Positions 40,657 through 49,356 of a stretch of 64,000 nucleotides of DNA are shown one piece after another. The stretch is from positions 306,246 through 370,245 of the forward strand of contig JAQVIJ010000003.1 of the NCBI GenBank assembly GCA_028695735.1. The letters run 5' to 3'. Source of the DNA: Deltaproteobacteria bacterium. GTDB lineage: Bacteria; Desulfobacterota; Dissulfuribacteria; Dissulfuribacterales; DYLC01. The notes under the pieces were generated by a model, which saw nothing but the letters and a program-made list of their open reading frames with translations, was not told where the DNA came from and did no database searches. Each line of letters opens with the position of its first letter. The stretch's first letter is position 1. The translations under genes and the position numbers were made by a program.

Positions 40657-41441
40657 AGATGTCCATACTGGATGTGATACTGGAACACAAACAGGAAGAG
40701 ATCAGGGCGCTCAAGAAACATGGTATCCCTGAACCGGATGAGGATACAGGACCGCCACGAGGGTTTATTCGGGCTCTATTGCAGGATAAAGCCGTTTCCA
40801 TAATTGCCGAGGTCAAGAAGGCGTCTCCGTCCAAGGGGCTTTTGTGCCCTGATTTCAACCCGGAAAAGCTGGCGCTGGAGTATGAGGCCGCCGGCGCAAG
40901 GGCCGTCTCTGTACTGACGGATGAACGTTTCTTTCAGGGCAGCCTGTCATTTCTGCCGCAAATCCGGCATGCCGTGAGTCTTCCGTTGCTGCGAAAGGAT
41001 TTTATTATCGACCATATCCAGATAGAACAGGCCAGACGATGGGGTGCGGATGCCATTTTGCTCATAGTGGCCGCTTTAAGCGATATGCAGCTACAGGAAT
41101 TTTTGGCACATGCAGGGGAATTGGGCATGGACTGCCTTACGGAGGTTCACGATGAAGGGGAACTGGAGCGCGCCATGAGACAAAAGGTGGAGCTCCTCGG
41201 CGTCAACAACCGCAATCTTCAGGACTTCACCGTCTCTCTTGAGACAACCTTTAGACTTAGGGCCATGGCACCTGCCGAGACACCCATGGTGAGCGAAAGC
41301 GGCATCTCTACTCCTGAAGACATTCGGCGTCTGAAAGAGGCCGGTATCGTGGCGGCGCTCATAGGAGAGAGTCTGGTTAAAAGCCCTGACAGAAGGGCGG
41401 CAATCGCCGGTCTTCTGGGTATTCAAAGGGGACGTTCTTGA
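40653..41441 (+). CDS. trpC: indole-3-glycerol phosphate synthase
   Basis: 262 aa. IAEVKKASPSKG and LRKDFI. Confidence 0.9.
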   Translation: MKMSILDVILEHKQEEIRALKKHGIPEPDEDTGPPRGFIRALLQDKAVSIIAEVKKASPSKGLLCPDFNPEKLALEYEAAGARAVSVLTDERFFQGSLSFLPQIRHAVSLPLLRKDFIIDHIQIEQARRWGADAILLIVAALSDMQLQEFLAHAGELGMDCLTEVHDEGELERAMRQKVELLGVNNRNLQDFTVSLETTFRLRAMAPAETPMVSESGISTPEDIRRLKEAGIVAALIGESLVKSPDRRAAIAGLLGIQRGRS

Positions 41442-41456
41442 CGGTAGGGCAATTTT

Positions 41457-42011
41457 TCAGGGTTCCCTGCTATATGTCCCCATTAGCACAGCCTCTTCCA
41501 GCACATGCCCCTTCATGGCCTCCAGCAAAGCTGCCTTGCTTGGGTGATGCAGGTCAGGAAGCATTGTATCCAGGGCGTAGAGTTTGAAAAAATAGCGGTG
41601 CCTGCCGATAGGAGGTGCCGGCCCGCCATAACCCGTGCGTTTCCAGTCATTCAGGCCTTCCAGGGTGCCTGTGGGCAGGTCTTGAGTCTTTACGGCCTCG
41701 GTCAATCCTGTGGCATTTGCTGGAATGTTGTAGAGCACCCAATGAACCCATACCATGCGGGGCGCCTTTGGATCCGGCGCATCGGGGTCATCCACCACAA
41801 GGGCCAGGGACTTAGCCCTGCCCGGCGCGCCTTCCCAGAAAAGCGGAGGAGAGACGTCGGCTCCATCGGCTGTATAACGTTTGGGGATTGCCTTGCCATT
41901 CTCAAAGGCCGGTGAAAATATCTTCATACCTACCTCCTTTTCGCCTGCAACCGCTGGTTGAAGGACTGAAAAAGTCATGAACAACAGGCTCAAAAATATG
42001 ATCTTTTCCAT
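41457..42011 (-). CDS. secreted YbhB/YbcL (PEBP) family protein
   Basis: 184 aa. Signal peptide and GGPAPPIGRHRYFFKLYALD. Confidence 0.8.
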   Translation of the reverse strand: MEKIIFLSLLFMTFSVLQPAVAGEKEVGMKIFSPAFENGKAIPKRYTADGADVSPPLFWEGAPGRAKSLALVVDDPDAPDPKAPRMVWVHWVLYNIPANATGLTEAVKTQDLPTGTLEGLNDWKRTGYGGPAPPIGRHRYFFKLYALDTMLPDLHHPSKAALLEAMKGHVLEEAVLMGTYSREP

Positions 42012-42035
42012 ACACTGCCTCCAGGATGCCTTTTT

Positions 42036-42944
42036 TCAGCTTATACGCAACCCGCTGAGTTCAGTCAAGCCTCTTTGTTTCATATAATTCTCTATGCCGG
42101 TGATAATCTCCTGGCCTGTCTTGGGATTGATCAGAGTGGCTGTGCCGATCTGGACAGCCGCCGCACCAGCCATCAGGAACTCCAGGGCATCTGCGGCCCT
42201 TACGATGCCGCCTATGCCGATAACCGGTATGGACACAGCCCGCGCCGTCTGCCAGACCATGCGCAGCGCCACAGGTTTTATGGCAGGACCTGAAAGGCCG
42301 CCGAATATGTTGGCCAGCACAGGTCTTCGCCTTTGAATATCTATGGCCATGCCTGAAAGCGTATTGATGAGGGAAACAGCGTCTGCCCCAGCCTGTTCCA
42401 CAGCCCTTGCAATAACCGTTATGTCCGTTACATTGGGCGAAAGTTTTACGATGACGGGGAGTTTGGCGGCCTCCTTGACCGCCCTTGTCACCTCGGCTGC
42501 AGCGAATGGGTCTGTTCCGAAGGCGACCCCTCCGCTTTTGACATTGGGGCATGAGATATTGACCTCCAGGGCGCTTATGCCTTTCTGTTCACTCAAGACA
42601 GATGCGAGCTCTGCGTACTCCTCAGGGGTGTCACCCAGGATGTTGACAAATATGTGCGTACGCAAACCGCACAGCCAGGGCAGTTTGTCGCGCAGAAATG
42701 CCTCCAGACCCACGTTTTCCAGCCCGATAGCATTCAGCAGGCCGCTTGGGGTTTCCACTATGCGGGGAGGAGGATTTCCTGTCTTGGGCCTGATGGAAAT
42801 GCCCTTTACCACTATTCCGCCGAGGATGTTGATGTCAGTGATATCGGCTATCTCCGCCCCATAGCCACAGGTTCCGGATGCCAGCAATATGGGGTTTTTA
42901 AGGGTCAATCCGCAAAACTTTGTGGAGAGGTTGACTGTGGACAT
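42036..42944 (-). CDS. pyrD: dihydroorotate dehydrogenase, catalytic subunit (class 1B)
   Basis: The ORF-track start at 42992 is a TTG. ATG at 42944 (MSTVNLSTKFCGL..) fits PyrD N-termini better. GGLSGPAIKP is present. Confidence 0.9.
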   Translation of the reverse strand: MSTVNLSTKFCGLTLKNPILLASGTCGYGAEIADITDINILGGIVVKGISIRPKTGNPPPRIVETPSGLLNAIGLENVGLEAFLRDKLPWLCGLRTHIFVNILGDTPEEYAELASVLSEQKGISALEVNISCPNVKSGGVAFGTDPFAAAEVTRAVKEAAKLPVIVKLSPNVTDITVIARAVEQAGADAVSLINTLSGMAIDIQRRRPVLANIFGGLSGPAIKPVALRMVWQTARAVSIPVIGIGGIVRAADALEFLMAGAAAVQIGTATLINPKTGQEIITGIENYMKQRGLTELSGLRIS

Positions 42945-42978
42945 TTGGGAGTTATTGAATCCTGGCAATGGAACGGTT

Positions 42979-43971
42979 TTATGGTGTGACAAGGACCACT
43001 TGCAACTCCTCAGCCCTTGGTTTAGCCCCTTCTGTGGCCTCCTTGCCTATGGCTATGGGTATGCCAGGTAGTTGCACAACCCTACTGACGATCTCGGCCC
43101 TCTTAGCTGCCCGCTCCACATCCACTCGATCCACCTTGACAGAGACCTCTGCGACCAACACCACCTCTCTATTGGGATCATGCCTTGAAAGACCCCTGGC
43201 TACCACATCTACATTGAGTATCTCATATCGTTCATCTTCGCTGATGATATGTTGATCGAGGGCCTCATCCAGGGCATCCGCCAGCATCTCATGGCTTACC
43301 ACCCTACATTTTTTGATGAGTTTCCCAAAATAAGACGGCGCCCTTTCCCTCACTCTTCTTTCAAAGTCATTACCCTTGAGATCACCCACATCTATCTCTA
43401 TTTTATTTACCCTGCCTGTGAGTTTAGCGACATCAGTCTTAAGTACAGCAACATCGGTTTTGAGCTCCGCTACATCGGTCTTAAGTACAGCAACATCGGT
43501 TTTGAGCTCCGCTACATCGGTCTTAAGTACAGCTACATCGGTCTTAAGTACAGCTACATCAGTTTTGAGCTCCGCTACATCAGTCTTAAGCACTCTTACA
43601 TCGGTTTTGAGCTCCGAGACATCGGTCTTAAGGACAGCCACATCGGTCTTAAGGACAGCAACATCGGTTTTGAGCACCCCCACATCGGTCTCTACAACTC
43701 CTACTCTATTTTTGAGCTCACTTACATCGGTTTCTATGTTCCCTACCTTTTGGGCAAGGGGTTTGAAGTCATCTTTTACAAAGGCATCAAAGCGCTGTGG
43801 CAGACGCATCAATTCTTCGGTTAAAATAAGGCGTCTTATCTCCTCCAACCAATGAGGATGGGTTTTTAATGCCACGATGATGTCATTTACTGTATGGATT
43901 TCAACGACTTCTTCTTGAGATGGCTTTGATGAGATGGAATATGCAATAGATGGTTCTTCTATTTGTGTCAT
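42979..43971 (-). CDS. hypothetical protein: N-terminal helical region, about 14 [T/E]DVxxLK heptads, C-terminal alpha/beta domain (possibly degenerate PD-(D/E)XK-like)
   Basis: 330 aa. Has its own AT-rich upstream spacer and an RBS-like GAGGGA. The C-terminus LNVDVVARG..VLVAEVSVKVDRVDVERAAKRAE is reminiscent of restriction-endonuclease-fold proteins, but the ExK motif is not canonical. Confidence 0.6.
   Translation of the reverse strand: MTQIEEPSIAYSISSKPSQEEVVEIHTVNDIIVALKTHPHWLEEIRRLILTEELMRLPQRFDAFVKDDFKPLAQKVGNIETDVSELKNRVGVVETDVGVLKTDVAVLKTDVAVLKTDVSELKTDVRVLKTDVAELKTDVAVLKTDVAVLKTDVAELKTDVAVLKTDVAELKTDVAVLKTDVAKLTGRVNKIEIDVGDLKGNDFERRVRERAPSYFGKLIKKCRVVSHEMLADALDEALDQHIISEDERYEILNVDVVARGLSRHDPNREVVLVAEVSVKVDRVDVERAAKRAEIVSRVVQLPGIPIAIGKEATEGAKPRAEELQVVLVTP
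43381..43731 (-). repeat. 21-bp coding tandem array (core 43423..43689)
   Basis: Units ACATCGGTCTTAAGTACAGCA and ACATCGGTTTTGAGCTCCGCT alternate about 13-16 times, in frame, giving TDVAVLK/TDVAELK heptads. Confidence 0.9.
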
Positions 43972-44053
43972 GGCGTGAATCCCTCTGATAACCAGTTTTT
44001 AGCCTGTCTTATTTAAAAGATAATACAAAGCCTGCAAATAATAAAGACAAAAA

Positions 44054-44839
44054 CTATAAATCCCAATGCACAAGCCTGGCATTTACCACAGGGCCATCCT
44101 TGCAGACATGCAGATAACCGCCGTCACGCGCCTTGAGCGCGCAACCCAGACATGCCCCTATGCCGCAGGCCATGTGCGCCTCCAAAGAGACCTGACATGA
44201 AACCCCGAATTCTTCAGCCAGGGAGTTAACTGCACTCAGCATGGGCAACGGGCCGCATGCAAGAATGGCATCGGTTTTTTGCTGTTGCAGCACCTCTGCA
44301 AGATCGTCTGTCACCAAGCCTTTTTTCCCAAGACTGCCATCCTCAGTCAGCAGATAAAGTGCATGGGATGCCGCCTTAAAGGGCCTCAATACCCGTTCCG
44401 GCAGCTCTGCTGCATTTCTGGCGCCCAGCACAACCACGGTCTTTTTGTTGCGCGCATACAGGTCTTCAGCCGCAAAGAGTATGGGCGCTATTCCCATACC
44501 CCCTCCCACCAGGACATAATTGTCATTTGTGAGATCAAAACCCTGACCGAGAGGGCCTATGAGTTCAAGACATTCGCCTGTCTTTCTCTGAGACAGCAGT
44601 GTGGTTCCATGGCCTATCCGTCTGTACAGAAAAGACAATACGCCGTTATGCACACTGTGAATGGAAAGCGGACGTTTCAGCAAGGGGTCCGTGGTCTGGC
44701 CGTGCGGCATGGCGGCAATCATACAGAATTGCCCCGGCATGGCCGACTGAGCAATCAGAGGCTCAAAAATCGTGAGGAGAAATATCTGTGACGCCACCTC
44801 CTCATTGGCTGTTATTTCTGCTGTGGAAACAATGCGCAT
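44054..44839 (-). CDS. pyrK: dihydroorotate dehydrogenase electron-transfer subunit
   Basis: 261 aa. FNR-like fold and C-terminal 2Fe-2S motif CGIGACLGC..C. Confidence 0.85.
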   Translation of the reverse strand: MRIVSTAEITANEEVASQIFLLTIFEPLIAQSAMPGQFCMIAAMPHGQTTDPLLKRPLSIHSVHNGVLSFLYRRIGHGTTLLSQRKTGECLELIGPLGQGFDLTNDNYVLVGGGMGIAPILFAAEDLYARNKKTVVVLGARNAAELPERVLRPFKAASHALYLLTEDGSLGKKGLVTDDLAEVLQQQKTDAILACGPLPMLSAVNSLAEEFGVSCQVSLEAHMACGIGACLGCALKARDGGYLHVCKDGPVVNARLVHWDL

Positions 44840-44857
44840 ATTCTTCCTTTCGTTGGC

Positions 44858-45718
44858 TCAATACAGGAGTGAAATAGCGGTAAATATAAAAAGTACGATA
44901 CTGATGGCGCCGTTAAATGTAAAAAATGCAAGATTCAGGCGTGATAAATCGTTCGGCGCCACCACCCTCCTCTGTGCGAGTAGCAGAAGGCCTGTCAATG
45001 CCAACCCTGTATAATAAATCCAGTTCAGATGTCCAAGAATGCCCACGCCCAAAAAGGCCAGAAATGCCGCAAGATGCAGCCCTGCCGAGATGCGAAAGGC
45101 ATTTTGGAGCCCGAAACAGGCCGGTATGGAGTAAAGCCCTGTGTCTTTGTCGAAATCCGCATCCATACAGGCATAAAGTATGTCAAAGCCCGCCACCCAG
45201 CACAGCACTCCGCATCCAAGCACGACTGGAAGGAGTTGAATGTCACCCCGCACAGCGATCCAGCCTGCTATTGGAGAAAGCCCCAGGGCCATGCCCAAAA
45301 AAATGTGACAGAGGGCTGTAAATCTCTTTGTGTAGGAATAAGCCAGCAGCACAGCCAAAAAGAGCGGTGAAACCATCAAGGCCAGGCGATTGAGCATAAA
45401 GGCCGACAGAAAATAGAGGGCGATAGCCATCAGCACCAGACCCCACGCCTCTGTGCGGGCTATCAGTCCTCTGGGCAGGGCCCTGTCCCTTGTGCGTGGA
45501 TTTTGAAGGTCGTAACGGATATCCACTATGCGATTGAAACCCATGGCAGCAGTTCTGCCGCCCACCATTCCCATAAGTATCCAGAAGGCCTGGCGTAGAG
45601 TGGGTTCGCCATGGGCCGCCAGGAATGCCCCCATGTAGGCAAAGGGCAGGGCGAAGATGGTGTGTTCAAATTTTATCATTTCAAGAAAGATACTGATTTT
45701 AGATATGATATGCGTCAT
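44858..45718 (-). CDS. UbiA-family aromatic prenyltransferase (4-hydroxybenzoate polyprenyltransferase-like / MqnP-like)
   Basis: 286 aa, polytopic. FEHTIFALPFAY and NRIVDIRYD. Confidence 0.75.
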   Translation of the reverse strand: MTHIISKISIFLEMIKFEHTIFALPFAYMGAFLAAHGEPTLRQAFWILMGMVGGRTAAMGFNRIVDIRYDLQNPRTRDRALPRGLIARTEAWGLVLMAIALYFLSAFMLNRLALMVSPLFLAVLLAYSYTKRFTALCHIFLGMALGLSPIAGWIAVRGDIQLLPVVLGCGVLCWVAGFDILYACMDADFDKDTGLYSIPACFGLQNAFRISAGLHLAAFLAFLGVGILGHLNWIYYTGLALTGLLLLAQRRVVAPNDLSRLNLAFFTFNGAISIVLFIFTAISLLY

Positions 45719-45721
45719 ATT

Positions 45722-46315
45722 TCAAGCCTTTTCTGAAATGCCTTGCCATCTTTTTAGACCCGGCGGTTCCAGCCCCAGAAACGCCGCCACGCGGCCTGCA
45801 AAGAAATAGGCGAGGTCATGAATGGACTCGGGCAAGTGATAAAAACCTGGCATGGCCGGATATATGACGGCCCCGGCCTCATGGACAGACAGGAGGTTTT
45901 TGAGATGGGTGGCATTGAGCGGTGTCTCCCGTGGGCATAACACCAACGGCCTGCGCTCTTTCAGAAAACAGTCCGCTGCCCGATGTATCAGGTTTTGACT
46001 CATGCCGTGGGCTATGGCGGCCAGTGTACCCATGGAGCACGGCATGACCACCATGGCCTTCCATGGGCTTGAACCGCTGGCCGGAAGGGCCGTGAAGTCG
46101 TTTACATCATAGGCCGCTTCGGCAAGGGAAAGAAGCCGGGCGCAGCCCTTCTCTCCAAGTTCCAATGCCGCCACCTGTTTCCCGGCCCCTGATATGACAA
46201 GGTGTGTTTTCTGGTGCAGTTGGGCAAGTATTTCAATGAATTGAAGGGCATAAATGGAACCGCTCGCGCCAGTTACACAAAGAAGGACCGGCGCCTCAAT
46301 ATCGTGATTCATCAA
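45722..46315 (-). CDS. ubiX: UbiX-family flavin prenyltransferase
   Basis: 197 aa. VTGASGSIYA and MPCSMGTLAAIA. Confidence 0.8.
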   Translation of the reverse strand: MMNHDIEAPVLLCVTGASGSIYALQFIEILAQLHQKTHLVISGAGKQVAALELGEKGCARLLSLAEAAYDVNDFTALPASGSSPWKAMVVMPCSMGTLAAIAHGMSQNLIHRAADCFLKERRPLVLCPRETPLNATHLKNLLSVHEAGAVIYPAMPGFYHLPESIHDLAYFFAGRVAAFLGLEPPGLKRWQGISEKA

Positions 46316-46576
46316 GTGTCTCCATTCGAGGCTGTTTTTTAAAAATCTTCCGTATGTTATACGAAATCAAAGAATCATGTCAAACGGTTTATACCATCAG
46401 GCTTTCTTTTCGCCTGATTCCTGTGCCGCTCATCGCTCACAAAAACAAAAAACCATGTCATAACATTCATAATATTGCAAGATTCCCTTAAAACTCGACA
46501 AATTATATGCTATAACTAATGGCGAAGCGGGCATGATGGTGTGCATTGGATGCTGCCCAATAGCTTCAAGGGATAA

Positions 46577-47062
46577 ATGATGAATACACTGATAACCGTC
46601 ATATTGGGTATAATTCTGTTCGTGCTGGAATCCGTCTGGCACGGGGTTTTTCTGGGGCGATTTCTGATGTTCAATGGAATCGTAGCGCTTTTGACCTGGC
46701 ATGCGCTGCGCCATGAATTTCCCTACGGTGTCCTTGCCCCGATTGTGCTCGGTTTTTTGTCCGGTATCTTTACCATTGTTGCATCATTTTTATATCTCAT
46801 TGTCTTTTTGATGGTTTTTTTTACGGTCAGGTATCTGAGACAGTATATCTTTTTTTCACCCCTGCCACATAGAATGATTCTGGTTCTGGGAGTGAGTTTT
46901 GCCTATACTGCAACACTGATGATCATGACTGATGCAATCGACCTGATCTGGCCGTGGGCATTGCTTCAGGCGGTTATCAATGCGGCGTTAAGCCCATTTC
47001 TTTTTTGGTGTTTCAATGGATTTTCCAGCCTCGTGCTGCGTTTTGCAGGGAAGAAATGTTAA
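46577..47062 (+). CDS. mreD: probable rod-shape protein MreD
   Basis: 161 aa with 5 predicted TM helices. It overlaps the start of the PBP2 gene, which is the canonical MreD position. There is no diagnostic motif. Confidence 0.5.
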   Translation: MMNTLITVILGIILFVLESVWHGVFLGRFLMFNGIVALLTWHALRHEFPYGVLAPIVLGFLSGIFTIVASFLYLIVFLMVFFTVRYLRQYIFFSPLPHRMILVLGVSFAYTATLMIMTDAIDLIWPWALLQAVINAALSPFLFWCFNGFSSLVLRFAGKKC

Positions 47063-48945
47063 AAAAAGCACAATTACAGCCTTTTGCCAAACCAAAATTT
47101 TTCAATGACGCTGAGCTCGGCATCTATCGTCAGCGCTGTTATATTCTATCAGTTGTTCTGATGCTTACGGTGGCGCTTCTGGCTGTGAGGCTCTGGTATC
47201 TTCAGGTGATACAGGGCGAGGAGATGCGCGCCAAATCCGAGCGCAATCGCGTGAGATACCTGCGCATTCAGCCGCCCCGCGGAAAGATACTTGATCGTTT
47301 TGGCAGGGTGATAGCAGGCGTCAGGCCAGGCTACAACCTGTGTCTCATTCGGCAGGAGGTAAAGGAGCAGGACATCGAGCCGCTTCTGGCCCGATTAGCG
47401 CCGATCATAAAAGAGGATATGGCGGCCATCCGCAGCAGGCTGCATGTCTCCCGTTCCGAACCCAGATACCTACCCGTAGTGCTTGCCAGGAATTTAGATT
47501 GGGAGACCCTCTGCTATGTGGAGGCGCACCTCTCAGAGCTGCCGGGCGTGATGATCGAGATAGCCCCGGCCCGTGAATACACCAACGGCAATTTAGCCCC
47601 TCACTTCATCGGTTATCTGGGAGAGGTGAGCGAGGATGAATTGAAAAAAGAGGGTTACAGCAATGCCAAACCAGGGGATGTGGTGGGCAAACTCGGTGTA
47701 GAGGCCCGTTACAATCAGGAGTTGATGGGGGTTGCCGGCAGCCGTGTGTTGGAGGTGGATGCCGTGGGCAGGTTAGAGCAGGAACTGGATAGCCAACCCT
47801 ATGTTGTGGGAAGCGATGTATATCTCACTCTTGACTTAGAGCTGCAGAAGGCGGCCGAAGAGGCAATGGAGGGTCAGGTGGGGGCCATAGTGGCCATGGA
47901 GGCCAATACAGGCCGTATTCTGGCCATAGTCAGCAGCCCCAAGTTCGACCCGTCGGTCTTTGAGGGAGGGCTCTCCCAGCAGAAATGGAAGGAGCTGAAC
48001 GACCCTGTATATAAGCCTCTGTTTAACAGGCCCCTGCAAGGCACCTATGCCCCCGGCTCCACATTTAAGCCTGTTTTGGCCGTAGGGGCATTGGCAGAGG
48101 GGGTTGTAAATGAAAATACGGCATTTTTCTGCAGGGGTTCCATGGAGTTTGCCGGTCATACCTTTCGCTGCTGGAACGAACACGGCCACGGCTCCACAAG
48201 CCTCTATCGGGCCATCGTGGAGTCTTGCGATGTCTATTTTTACAATGTCGGCTTGAAACTGGGAGTGGACCGCATCGCCAAGTATGCCCGGCTTCTGGGG
48301 CTTGGCGAAAAGACCGGCATAGAGCTGCCCAACGAACATGCAGGCATCATTCCAGATACGGCCTGGAAAAAGAAGAGATTCAAAGACAAGTGGCACGAGG
48401 GCGAGACATTGAGCGTATCCATTGGTCAGGGGTATGTGTCGGTTACGCCCCTACAGATGGCAAGGGCCTATGCCGCCATAGCCAATGGAGGCACCCTCTA
48501 TCATCCGCAATTCGTGGAAAAGATAGTGCGTCCCACCGGCGAGGTGAGCCGGTCTTTTCATGCTCAAGCCGATGCTGTCCTGAATACAGCCAAAAGGAAT
48601 CTGGAACTGGTGCGAAACGGATTGATGGGTGTGGTACAGGACGAAAGGGGGACCGGAAAGAAGGCCCGTGTGCCCGGAGTGAATGTGGCCGGCAAGACCG
48701 GCACAGCCCAGGTGGTCAAGCAGGAGAAGCGCAAACAAGACGAGTCAATGGCATGGAAATACAAGGATCACGCATGGTTTGTGTGTTATGCGCCTGCTGA
48801 AAATCCGGACATATCAGTGGCTGTCCTGGTGGAGCACGGAGGACACGGCGGTTCCGCTGCAGCCCCCATCGCCCAGAAGATATTGGCAAAATGGTTTGAG
48901 CTTCAAGCCCCAAGACCTCAGGCGGCACAGGGCAGAACCACATGA
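47056..48945 (+). CDS. mrdA: penicillin-binding protein 2
   Basis: Start moved from 46954 to ATG 47056 (MLKKAQLQPF). Motifs STFKP (SxxK) and KTGTA. Confidence 0.9.
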   Translation: MLKKAQLQPFAKPKFFNDAELGIYRQRCYILSVVLMLTVALLAVRLWYLQVIQGEEMRAKSERNRVRYLRIQPPRGKILDRFGRVIAGVRPGYNLCLIRQEVKEQDIEPLLARLAPIIKEDMAAIRSRLHVSRSEPRYLPVVLARNLDWETLCYVEAHLSELPGVMIEIAPAREYTNGNLAPHFIGYLGEVSEDELKKEGYSNAKPGDVVGKLGVEARYNQELMGVAGSRVLEVDAVGRLEQELDSQPYVVGSDVYLTLDLELQKAAEEAMEGQVGAIVAMEANTGRILAIVSSPKFDPSVFEGGLSQQKWKELNDPVYKPLFNRPLQGTYAPGSTFKPVLAVGALAEGVVNENTAFFCRGSMEFAGHTFRCWNEHGHGSTSLYRAIVESCDVYFYNVGLKLGVDRIAKYARLLGLGEKTGIELPNEHAGIIPDTAWKKKRFKDKWHEGETLSVSIGQGYVSVTPLQMARAYAAIANGGTLYHPQFVEKIVRPTGEVSRSFHAQADAVLNTAKRNLELVRNGLMGVVQDERGTGKKARVPGVNVAGKTGTAQVVKQEKRKQDESMAWKYKDHAWFVCYAPAENPDISVAVLVEHGGHGGSAAAPIAQKILAKWFELQAPRPQAAQGRTT

Positions 48946-48953
48946 GGTAATAT

Positions 48954-49337
48954 GTGATTGACAGGGAGCTGTACAGGGAACAACTACAGGCCGTTTTGCT
49001 TCTATCTCTATTGATATTGCTCTTCTGGCTGGCCATGTGGGCATTTTCGTTCCATAATTCAAATTCACCCATACACATGGTCAAGAATGTCGTTGGCAGG
49101 CACTACGCCGTATTGTATTTTGAACCCATGGAAATCAATTCCGCCACGATGGAGGAGCTGGATCTCCTGCCTGGTGTTGGTCAAAAGACCGCTCAGGCCA
49201 TCTTGAATCTGAGGCAGGAACACGGATTTTTTTTGTTGAATGAGGAATTGAGGGAGGCAATGGCTGAGGCACATCTGCCCCGCAGGCATTTGAATGCCCT
49301 GGTGGGTTGTTATCTCACCGCCCAACCTGTTAGATAA
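48954..49337 (+). CDS. ComEA-like helix-hairpin-helix DNA-binding protein
   Basis: 127 aa, GTG start. N-terminal TM helix and INSATMEELDLLPGVGQKTAQAILNLR. Confidence 0.7.
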   Translation: MIDRELYREQLQAVLLLSLLILLFWLAMWAFSFHNSNSPIHMVKNVVGRHYAVLYFEPMEINSATMEELDLLPGVGQKTAQAILNLRQEHGFFLLNEELREAMAEAHLPRRHLNALVGCYLTAQPVR

Positions 49338-49356
49338 TTATAATGAGGTGTATCTT

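Noticed and set aside
42945-42992. 14-nt overlap between the heptad-protein stop and a TTG-initiated pyrD
   Set aside because: The ORF-track start is a TTG. The in-frame ATG at 42944 gives an N-terminus typical of PyrD, so the overlap is probably an artefact of longest-ORF calling.
43381-43731. Treating the 21-bp tandem array as a non-coding satellite or CRISPR-like repeat
   Set aside because: The units are contiguous with no spacers. They are in frame within a 330-aa ORF and encode exact heptads.
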